Below are positions 30,219-38,193 of a stretch of 42,194 nt of DNA, piece by piece. Numbering within the stretch: position 1 is the first letter of the stretch; every line of letters starts with the position of its first letter. Origin of the DNA: an uncultured archaeon (GTDB lineage Archaea > Asgardarchaeota > Heimdallarchaeia > Heimdallarchaeales > Heimdallarchaeaceae); the NCBI GenBank assembly GCA_964549075.1, contig CAZJUB010000016.1:1-42194 (forward strand), read 5' to 3'. The notes under the pieces were generated by a model. It saw only the letters and a list, made by a program, of their open reading frames with translations, ran no database searches and was not told the origin of the DNA. Made by a program: the position numbers and the translations under genes.

Positions 30219-30329
30219 ATGAAAACAAACACAAACACAAACACAAGAAAAATCCAAACTGATAAAGTTGAATACTGGTCTGTTGGAGGACAATTCTGCG
30301 TATCAATTGCAAATAAAGTAAGAAAGTAA
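30219..30329 (+). CDS. Unannotated small protein / leader peptide 1 (36 aa, YWSVGG motif)
   Basis: MKTNTNTNTRKIQTDKVEYWSVGGQFCVSIANKVRK*. GGAGG 9 nt upstream, ends 21 nt before the MFS start, paralog at 31966. Confidence 0.8.
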   Translation: MKTNTNTNTRKIQTDKVEYWSVGGQFCVSIANKVRK

Positions 30330-30350
30330 AGCTGAAAGGAAGCAATAACA

Positions 30351-31760
30351 ATGGTAACAGAAGTAGAAACAACTGATAAAGTAGAAAAAAAACCGAATGC
30401 ATTAAGTCTCCTCAAGAATAGAGACTTCTCTGCTATTTTTATTGGAGGTTTTATCTCGAATCTTGGAATTTGGTTTACTCAAATAGCAGTCTTATTTTAT
30501 GCATTAACACTAGTATCACATTTACCTCAAGAAGAAGCAACACAAGAAGTAGCACTATTAACAACTTTTGCATTATTACCAATGTTAATACTAGGTCCTC
30601 TTGGAGGAGTAATTGCAGATAAATATGATAGGAAGAAGATTATGATTATTTCTGACTTGCTAGGTGTATGTGTGACAACAAGTCTTGTATTTGCCAATGA
30701 AATGTGGCATCTATATTTGCTTCTAACCTTAAGTTCATCGATTAGACAATTCTTCTATCCAGCTAGAACAGCAGCATTACCTATGATGGTCAAGAAAGAT
30801 CGACTACTTTCTGCTAATGGATTTATACAAACAACAAATCAATTATCAAGGATGCTAGGACCTGTAACAGCGGGATTCGTTATAGCAGCAGCAGGGTATC
30901 AAGCTGCATTCATTATCGATGCAGTTTCATATGCCATATCAGCAATTATGATATTGACTATCAGACATAATCTTAAAGCACCTCAACAAGAAGAAAAAGT
31001 GAGTGTTAAGAGTGTATTTGTAGGAATGAGAGATGGTGCAAAAATTACATTTACAGACAAAATAATAAAATTTGTAGTAATCAGCTTTGCAATTACAATT
31101 TTCGCATTGGGTGCCATAGATCCAGTAGCTGTCCCATATCTAAATTTTGTTTTTGGATTAGGTGAAAAAGATTTAGGAATGATGATGACTTTCTCAGCTT
31201 TAAGTGGAGTTATAGCAGCAATTGGATTGTCAATTAAAGGAAAACTAAATAAAAAACTAGCTTTCATGTCTTACGCTATACTTGCATTAGGTATTAGTGT
31301 AGCTTTATTGGCACTTGCACCTTTCATGGCAGGACCAGTAGTATGGTTATACATGGGTATGGCTCTAATAGGGTTCACAAATGTAGGATTTAATGTCCCC
31401 TTCTCAACCCTTCTTCAAAGAATTGTAAAGAATGAAGATCTTGGTAAAGTTAGTGGTATAATAGACACTTTTATGACAGGAGCCTCGCTCTTAGCTTCAG
31501 TTCTAGCAGCAACTCTTGCAAAGTATATTAGCATTAGTCTTTTACTTGGTATAGTCGCTTCTACTATACTCGCATCAGGAATAATCTTCGTAATTGTGAC
31601 AAGAATAAGGAAAATGGATCAAACTGCTTTAAGAAGAGAAGAAGAAATGATGGCTTTAGAAGACATAAAGGAGAGGAAAATTGAGAAAAATAAAGCAGTT
31701 GTTTCTTTTGAAACTGAATCAAAACAAGAATATCCAAATTTGAATCCTTCATTAGAATAA
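30351..31760 (+). CDS. MFS transporter, MefA/DHA3-like efflux family (paralog 1)
   Basis: GVIADKYDRKKIM, FFYPARTA, LLSANG, GP..AG, DAVSY and LGKVSG motifs. Confidence 0.9.
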   Translation: MVTEVETTDKVEKKPNALSLLKNRDFSAIFIGGFISNLGIWFTQIAVLFYALTLVSHLPQEEATQEVALLTTFALLPMLILGPLGGVIADKYDRKKIMIISDLLGVCVTTSLVFANEMWHLYLLLTLSSSIRQFFYPARTAALPMMVKKDRLLSANGFIQTTNQLSRMLGPVTAGFVIAAAGYQAAFIIDAVSYAISAIMILTIRHNLKAPQQEEKVSVKSVFVGMRDGAKITFTDKIIKFVVISFAITIFALGAIDPVAVPYLNFVFGLGEKDLGMMMTFSALSGVIAAIGLSIKGKLNKKLAFMSYAILALGISVALLALAPFMAGPVVWLYMGMALIGFTNVGFNVPFSTLLQRIVKNEDLGKVSGIIDTFMTGASLLASVLAATLAKYISISLLLGIVASTILASGIIFVIVTRIRKMDQTALRREEEMMALEDIKERKIEKNKAVVSFETESKQEYPNLNPSLE

Positions 31761-31780
31761 CCTCTCTCTTTCTTTTTTTC
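31761..31780 (+). terminator. Pyrimidine/oligo-T tract, archaeal-type terminator
   Basis: CCTCTCTCTTTCTTTTTTTC immediately after the MFS stop codon. Confidence 0.5.
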
Positions 31781-31965
31781 AGCTTTAACTTTTCAGCTTA
31801 AGCTATTCACTTTTCACTTGAAGTATTCTACTTAAAAATTGACTAATTCAAAGATTCCATTTCTCGCTTAAACTTGAGTTTCAGCCTCTTAAACTTGTAA
31901 TTTTTAAAATTCCTTAATAAAGGTGTGTTTTACTGTAGTTCATCAAACAAGGAGAACTGAAAAAA

Positions 31966-32088
31966 ATGAAAACAATCTCAAAATCAAAGAAAAACCTAAA
32001 CGAAAAAATTGACTATTGGTCAGTTGGTGGTCACTTCTTCTCATCACTCTCAAATAAGGTGACCAGTAATAGTTCAATTAGAAAATAA
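31966..32088 (+). CDS. Unannotated small protein / leader peptide 2 (40 aa, YWSVGG motif)
   Basis: MKTISKSKKNLNEKIDYWSVGGHFFSSLSNKVTSNSSIRK*. AAGGAG at 31949-31954, ends 10 nt before the MFS start. Confidence 0.8.
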   Translation: MKTISKSKKNLNEKIDYWSVGGHFFSSLSNKVTSNSSIRK

Positions 32089-32098
32089 AGGTGTAATA

Positions 32099-33553
32099 AT
32101 GAAATACGAAGAGGCGGAAACTGAAATTCAAGATGATTTCCAAGCAAAACAGAAGAAATCCAATCCTCTTACTCTGCTGAGGAATTGGAACTTTTCTGCA
32201 TTATTTATTGGTGGATTTATTAATAATGTTGGATCTTATTTTACTACTGTTGCAATAATTTTCTTAGGTTTAGTATTTACTAGTGGATTACCTGAAAATG
32301 AAGCAACAAGAGAAATTGCTCTTATGACAACATTCACTTTGGCACCTATGTTAGTTTTAGGACCAATTGCAGGAGTACTTGCTGATAAATTTGATCGTAA
32401 GAAAGTAATGGTAATCGCTGATTTTCTAGGAGCTGGTGCTGCTTTTAGTTTGATATTCGCGACACAAATGTGGCATTTATATTTGTTCGCTCTCTTCAAT
32501 TCATCTGTTAGACAATTCTTTTATCCTGCTAAAACAGCCAGCATTCCTAGATTGGTAAAACAAGACCAACTACTCACCGCTAACGGTTTCATTCAGACTA
32601 CCAGTCAGTTATCTAGATTAATTGGACCTTTATTAGCAGGTTTTCTAATTGCCGCTTTTGGATTCGACTTAGCTTTCATTATTGATGGTTGTTCTTATGT
32701 GATTTCAGCTGTCTTACTTATTACTATCAGAACAAATCTTAAACCAACAAAAACAGAAGAGAAACTTACACTTCGAAGTGTTGGGACTGGATTAAAAGAA
32801 GGCTTTCAGTTAGCATTTACAGACAAGATAATAACCTTCGTAATCATACTATTCTCCTTTACAATACTCATGATAGGAATGGTAGATCCTCTAATTGTGC
32901 CTTATATGAATTTCCAATTTGGCGTAGGAGAAGAGGAATTTGGTATGATGATGAGTTTTGCAGCTATTAGTGGATTAATACTTGCAGTAGCTCTATCTAT
33001 AAAGGGACACATTAAGAAAAAGTTAACTTTTATGACTGTAACAATCTTAATAGCTAGTTTCTGCCTTGCTTTTCTTGGATTAGCTCCCTTTTTACCAGGA
33101 GGTGTAGCATGGATTTGGACAGGGATGATCTTAGTTGGTTGTATTAATGTAGGATTTAACCTGCCCTTTGCTACCCTCATTCAAAGAATTATTCCTGATA
33201 AAGACTTAGGAAAAATTTCTGGAGTTGTGGATACTGTTATTACAGGTGCATCAGTGACCGCATCAGGTATTGCAGCTGCTTTAGCTGGGGTAATTTCAAC
33301 CAGTTGGATATTTATTATCTTAACCATAGCTATTGCACTTGGTGGTGTAGTAGGATTAGTAATTATAAAATACATGAATCTTGAAAAGATTGCTCAACTC
33401 CGCGAAGAGAAAATGAAAGCAATCAAAGAAAGAGAAGAAGTAGATAAGGAAACTAGAGAGGAAATTATTGATTTTGAGAAACAGGTACAGCTCACCTTAG
33501 AAGAACTAAAATCTGAGGAACCTTTAAAGGCACCTCACCCCTCTCTAGATTAA
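32099..33553 (+). CDS. MFS transporter, MefA/DHA3-like efflux family (paralog 2)
   Basis: Collinear paralog of 30351-31760 (ADKFDRKKVM, RQFFYPA, ANGFIQTT, DLGKISG). Confidence 0.9.
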   Translation: MKYEEAETEIQDDFQAKQKKSNPLTLLRNWNFSALFIGGFINNVGSYFTTVAIIFLGLVFTSGLPENEATREIALMTTFTLAPMLVLGPIAGVLADKFDRKKVMVIADFLGAGAAFSLIFATQMWHLYLFALFNSSVRQFFYPAKTASIPRLVKQDQLLTANGFIQTTSQLSRLIGPLLAGFLIAAFGFDLAFIIDGCSYVISAVLLITIRTNLKPTKTEEKLTLRSVGTGLKEGFQLAFTDKIITFVIILFSFTILMIGMVDPLIVPYMNFQFGVGEEEFGMMMSFAAISGLILAVALSIKGHIKKKLTFMTVTILIASFCLAFLGLAPFLPGGVAWIWTGMILVGCINVGFNLPFATLIQRIIPDKDLGKISGVVDTVITGASVTASGIAAALAGVISTSWIFIILTIAIALGGVVGLVIIKYMNLEKIAQLREEKMKAIKEREEVDKETREEIIDFEKQVQLTLEELKSEEPLKAPHPSLD

Positions 33554-33602
33554 TTCCTTTTCTTCTTCTTTATACTACTTTTTAAGAAATGAAGTAAGGT
33601 GG

Positions 33603-34421
33603 TTATTTCTTATACGAACTAAATGAGTAAGAAATAACGCCTTTAGGACAGGTATCTGCACAAGTACCACATAAGATGCATTCTCTATGCTCAATTTTTC
33701 CAGCTAGAACCATTTTTTCAACTGGAAGACTCATTGGACATTCTTTATCACATCGATGACATTCAACACATGCATCTTTGTTAACTTTTAACCTAAGGGA
33801 AGGTACCTTAAGGAAATTACTCAACCATCGCCCTAGAATCATGAAAGGAGCCATCCAACAGACATGATGACAGAAAGATCTCTTACCAACTGCTAAAGCT
33901 AGTACTAAAACTAGTGCAATAACAAAATAATAGATAACATATGATCCATCAAAATTTCCTTCTCGGTCAAATACAGATAATGACATATACCACTTTTCTG
34001 TTGTTCCATGGAAGAAATCAACACCGGTTATCCCATTTCCAAAGATAAAAGGATTAATTATTACAAAAGTTATCCAAGGTATCCAAATTATCCATTTAAC
34101 AAAAAAAGTCTTAGCCTTGACTCTTTTGTTATTTTTCTTGATACTTATAATTGTATCTTGCATTCCTGCCATAGGACAAATCCAAGCACAATATGCTCTA
34201 CCTAAAAATAGTGACTGTATAAACAATCCTCCAAATACCAGTAAACTCCCTGCTATTACCCCATCTAAACCTCCTTGTATTGGCATATAGGGTGATAAAT
34301 AATAGAATATAACCGGAAATAGAAGGAATGAAATAAATGCAATTGTTTTACGCAAACCTTGTCTTTTTGGATGTTTTCTAAATGTTTTTAATTCAGTTGT
34401 TTTTGCTGATGTTGTTACCAT
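33603..34421 (-). CDS. Membrane 4Fe-4S-binding protein (NapH/YccM-like)
   Basis: GRAYCAWICP, FCHHVCW and two CxxCxxCxxxCP ferredoxin motifs. Confidence 0.85.
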   Translation of the reverse strand: MVTTSAKTTELKTFRKHPKRQGLRKTIAFISFLLFPVIFYYLSPYMPIQGGLDGVIAGSLLVFGGLFIQSLFLGRAYCAWICPMAGMQDTIISIKKNNKRVKAKTFFVKWIIWIPWITFVIINPFIFGNGITGVDFFHGTTEKWYMSLSVFDREGNFDGSYVIYYFVIALVLVLALAVGKRSFCHHVCWMAPFMILGRWLSNFLKVPSLRLKVNKDACVECHRCDKECPMSLPVEKMVLAGKIEHRECILCGTCADTCPKGVISYSFSSYKK

Positions 34422-34447
34422 TTTATTCCACCATGGGTATAATTTGT

Positions 34448-34511
34448 ATATTTTATTTTAAAATATTATATATAAAAAGGTTATTATTATAAATTAAAAT
34501 ATTATATATAA
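34448..34511. repeat. 18-bp direct repeat plus inverted repeat in the divergent promoter
   Basis: TTAAAATATTATATATAA at 34458-34475 and 34494-34511. ATATTTTA-N3-TAAAATAT at 34448-34466. Confidence 0.6.
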
Positions 34512-34567
34512 TAACATATTTATATGAGTTCAGCTTAGGTAAATAAACATAATTAGGTTGAGAAATA

Positions 34568-35149
34568 ATGCCAAGAGTAGCTAAAGAGTCAGTAGATAGG
34601 TACGCAATTTTAGGAATGTTAAGTCATGAACCTAAACATGGTTACGATTTAAGAGAAGAGATAACTCAAACTATAGGAATGTTTTGGCCTGAAATAAATT
34701 ATAGTAAAATATATCCTACTTTGAAGAAACTAGAAAATGAATATCTTGTTGAAATGAAAGAAGTAAAAGATCCAGAAGGAAAAAGACCATCACGAAAGAT
34801 GTACTATATAACCAAAGGAGGGAAAGAAGCTCTACAAGAGTGGATAGCTGATCCAACAACCTCCACAGATACTAATAATATGTTTACTATACTTCAAGAA
34901 ACAATGCTCAAGGTTTATTTTGGTGCTGAAATAGGAACAGAGGAAATTATACATGTTCTAGAGGATTTTAAGAAGAAAATTACTCAAAGTGAGAAAATAT
35001 TAGGTTTTGCTCAGAAGAATTTAGTAGAACATTTAGATATGATGAAAGACCATCACTTTTACTTGTTAACGGTAGAATTAGGCATAGAATTTTCCAAGCT
35101 AGTGAAAAAATGGGCTGATAATTCTATGAAAAAACTTGAAGAGTTATAA
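34568..35149 (+). CDS. PadR-family transcriptional regulator
   Basis: AILGMLSHEPKHGYDL, IYPTLKKLE, RKMYYITKGGK..L..W. Confidence 0.92.
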   Translation: MPRVAKESVDRYAILGMLSHEPKHGYDLREEITQTIGMFWPEINYSKIYPTLKKLENEYLVEMKEVKDPEGKRPSRKMYYITKGGKEALQEWIADPTTSTDTNNMFTILQETMLKVYFGAEIGTEEIIHVLEDFKKKITQSEKILGFAQKNLVEHLDMMKDHHFYLLTVELGIEFSKLVKKWADNSMKKLEEL

Positions 35150-35155
35150 GGTTCC

Positions 35156-35611
35156 TTACTTTAGCTTCTTGATGATTCCACAATATCCGCAATTTGGACA
35201 GAAACGATGAGTTTTACTATAGCTTCCACCACATCTAGGGCAAAATGAAGCAGTTTCTTCATCTAATTTAACTTGACCTTTATATTTCTGTTTTCCAAAA
35301 GTATCAATCTGTGTTATTGGTACATCTACTTCTTCTAAATCTTGTTCAAAATTTAAATCTATATTATTATTTAATTTTCTTGTTTTAAAATAGAATGAAA
35401 CAACTAGATAGATTATTATTAGGGAGCCAATACTTGCATAAAAAATGAAATCTGTCCAACTAACAGTTTCAGTTATTGGTACAAATACACCTAATATTAT
35501 TCCTCCAGAAACGATTAACATTGATAGAAAAGATAATTTGAACACTTCAGTTCTAACTTTTTTCTTAACTTCTGAATCTGGAAGCATCAATTTTTCTACT
35601 TTAACAGACAC
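35156..35611 (-). CDS. Two-TM membrane protein with C-terminal zinc ribbon
   Basis: Two hydrophobic helices, FCPRCG...FCPNCG, GTG start. Confidence 0.7.
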   Translation of the reverse strand: MSVKVEKLMLPDSEVKKKVRTEVFKLSFLSMLIVSGGIILGVFVPITETVSWTDFIFYASIGSLIIIYLVVSFYFKTRKLNNNIDLNFEQDLEEVDVPITQIDTFGKQKYKGQVKLDEETASFCPRCGGSYSKTHRFCPNCGYCGIIKKLK

Positions 35612-35640
35612 TTAAGAATTTTTACTTATCTTAGTTTTTA

Positions 35641-35707
35641 ATTCTAATAATTAGAAAGATTTCTATTTTGATTCTAATAATTAAAAAGACCTCAAAAGAG
35701 TTATAAG
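35641..35707. promoter_or_regulatory. Tandem palindromic operator-like sites upstream of a TATA box
   Basis: ATTCTAATAATTA(G/A)AAAGA at 35641-35659 and 35671-35689. Core TTCTAAT-A-ATTAGAA is palindromic. TTATAA at 35701-35706. Confidence 0.55.
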
Positions 35708-35728
35708 CCTTCTAAGAGAACTGTTTCT

Positions 35729-37543
35729 TTGAAGAGGATGAGAAATAAAGTATGTGTACTCTTACTTGTTTTTTGTTTGTTGATTTTACCATCATATGCA
35801 ATTAAAGCTGAAACTAGCGAGATTCCACAAATTTTCTCACTTTCCATATTAGCTCCAGATTCAAATGAAAAATTAGATTATATAGGAATGCTATTAGAAA
35901 ACCAATTACCAGAAATAGGGATAGGAGTTAATCATTACTCCATAGCAAGTTGGAATAATATAGCTCCTCGAACTTGGGCATATCCATATAGTGAATATGA
36001 TTATATCCCGACTTATGCTGAAGGAGGTTATGATATATTAGTTTTTGAAAGAAATTGGGATATAGATTGGGATCCTATTGGTATATACGATACAGGTTTC
36101 TGGACTCCAAGAATGATAACTAATTTTTATCAATATTGTAATCCCGTTTATGATAATCTTTTGATTTATTATTTAAGTGAGCTTAACCAAGAAGAGCACA
36201 ACAATTACGGTAAACAAATGCAAGAGATCCTCTATGAGGATTTATCGAGTATTGCAATAATTTATCCTAGAGCACTTTATGGCTTTAAAGAAGGATTAGT
36301 AGGGATTGATGCACAATTATTGAATGTAGGTAGAGAAAGATATGAATAGTGGGATGATCCAGATGACCACATCATCAAATATGCTGTTCCAACCAGATTA
36401 GAAGGGAACAATTCATTCATTCAGGAAAGTCCGTTTGATAAGATATGGATGCAAGGAATTTATGGTAGTTTATATCAGAGAGAACAGCAAACAAAATTAT
36501 GGATTCCACAAATTGCAACAAACATAACCTTTAGCGAAGACAAACGTGATATAACAATAACATTAGATCCTAATGCTAAATTCAGTGATGGAAGTCAAGT
36601 TTTAGCTGAGGATGTTGAATATTCGTATGAATTACAACAAACAATATCTGTAATGTCCATTTCCTTTGCATATTACAATAATTGGTTAGGAACTAAAAAT
36701 TCAGTATCAAGTGTTGGTTCGAATATTGTAACTTTTAATCTAACAGACACAAACGCTTATATCTATGATTTTCTTTCTTGTGGAATAATTGATAAAAGCG
36801 CTGTTCAGCCAATTATATCGACGTATGGATATAATATTTTTAATGAAGCACCTTTCACAGGAAACGTGAGTGATGTTTTAGTAAAATCTTGTGGACCGTT
36901 TATGCTAGATACATATAATCAGACTGAAGGTACAATAAAATTAACCCCTAATCCTTACTATGGTGATATGTTAAGTTGTTCGTCTCCCTTATTAGATGAA
37001 TTACAATTTGTATATGTTCCAGGAAAAGATACAGCTCTTTCTGAGTTAATTGTAGGTAGTGTAGATATAATAGACGCATGTTATAATCCATTTTTAACCG
37101 ACCTTGAACCAGCAGGTATAGAAGGAATTCCTGTAAAAACACCTCAATACATTGAATTAGTCATTAATATGAGACATCCAGTTTTTGGTACTGGAGAATT
37201 GACACCTCCTGGAACACCTGAAGCAGCTAAATATGTACGTAAGGCAATAAGTCATATTATACCTCGTACAATACTTGCAAACCAAATTTGTGAAGGATTA
37301 GCTGTTCCAGCTGCGTCTCCTTGCCCCGATTTGTCTCCTGTTCATGATGACGTTTTAGAACCTTATACTTACGATATTAAATTAGCTCAGGAATATATGG
37401 ATTTCAACTGGAAAACTGTAACCTCTCCAACGCCTTCAAACACAAATGGTACAAACACTATAGGAGAACCATGGATTATAGTTGTATCTTTGATGAGTAT
37501 TTTAGGATTAATTTTTACTCAAAAAAACAGGAAGAATAGATAA
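35729..37543 (+). pseudogene. ABC transporter substrate-binding protein (family 5, DppA/OppA-like) interrupted by one in-frame TAG
   Basis: The two track ORFs share a frame and are joined by 33 sense codons (RYE*WDDPDDHIIKYAVP...). FSDG..V.AEDV.YS, GPF and VRKAIS motifs, signal peptide and C-terminal TM. Confidence 0.75.
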
Positions 37544-37802
37544 TGATGAAAAAGAAAAGATTGTTTGGTATGATATCTTTTCTATTTATAGTTTGTTTAC
37601 CAATTGCATTTTCAGCAACAAATTATGAAGTTCAACAAGCTTTTTCTTTAGCTTTACTATCACCAAATACAAGTTCAACCAGATGCCAATGTATGAACAT
37701 CATAATGGTTCATACTTAGGAATCATTTTAATCGCGATTTTAGTACTGCTAGGAGTTGCAGTTGTAACTATTATTTTAGCATCAAAATCAATGAAAAAAT
37801 AA
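37543..37802 (+). pseudogene. Internally deleted remnant of a second substrate-binding protein paralog
   Basis: Signal peptide + QAFSLALLSPNTS (cf. QIFSLSILAPDSN upstream) ending TAG 37717-37719. A shifted frame gives anchor YLGIILIAILVLLGVAVVTIILASKSMKK* ending 37802. Confidence 0.6.
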
Positions 37803-37856
37803 GAGAGAGTACTTAAACAAAAAATAAAATTAAGAATGAAGAAACACTATGGTTTC

Positions 37857-38021
37857 TTATTCATAAGGTTCAAAATCAGATTTTTCTGCTCCGCACTCTG
37901 GACAAACCCAGTCATCTGGTACATCTTCAAAAGCTGTTCCAGGAGCCACTCCAGCGTCTGGATCACCTATCTCTGGATCATATACATATCCACAAAGTGT
38001 GCAAATCCATTTACCACTCAT
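37857..38021 (-). CDS. Rubredoxin (54 aa, missing from the ORF track)
   Basis: [58 protein letters not shown] upstream. Confidence 0.97.
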   Translation of the reverse strand: MSGKWICTLCGYVYDPEIGDPDAGVAPGTAFEDVPDDWVCPECGAEKSDFEPYE

Positions 38022-38193
38022 TTTTAATCCTCTTTATAGATTTTAGGTATCCTTTTTTTGTAAGCTTTATATGTTTTACTCACTTAGCTATTCTTTCAGT
38101 CTACCTTGCTAAATTAGAATCTTACCTGCTTTACTATAACAATAATCAATTCTAATTGTAAAAAATGTGGTTTTACTAACAAAAATAATTATT

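Noticed and set aside
30225-30245. ACAAAC hexamer repeat as a phase-variation tract
   Set aside because: Only about three copies and frame-preserving (TNTNTNT). It is explained as the variable N-terminus of the peptide.
30257-30386. 15/16-nt repeat (TDKVE) shared by peptide 1 and the MFS N-terminus
   Set aside because: A-rich and absent from the second unit, so probably chance or a local micro-duplication.
30181-30415. Minus-strand ORFs 30181-30402 and 30197-30415, and plus-strand ORF 29905-30189
   Set aside because: Shadows of the small ORF, the MFS start and the HTH gene. They have no counterpart in the second unit.
30219-32088. Small ORFs as classical double-glycine bacteriocin/RiPP precursors
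   Set aside because: GG is present but the upstream spacing does not fit the LSxxELxxIxGG-type consensus, and there is no C39 peptidase-ABC exporter or modifying enzyme nearby. Kept only as a minor hypothesis.
37836-38027. 63-aa plus-strand ORF
   Set aside because: Antisense to the rubredoxin.
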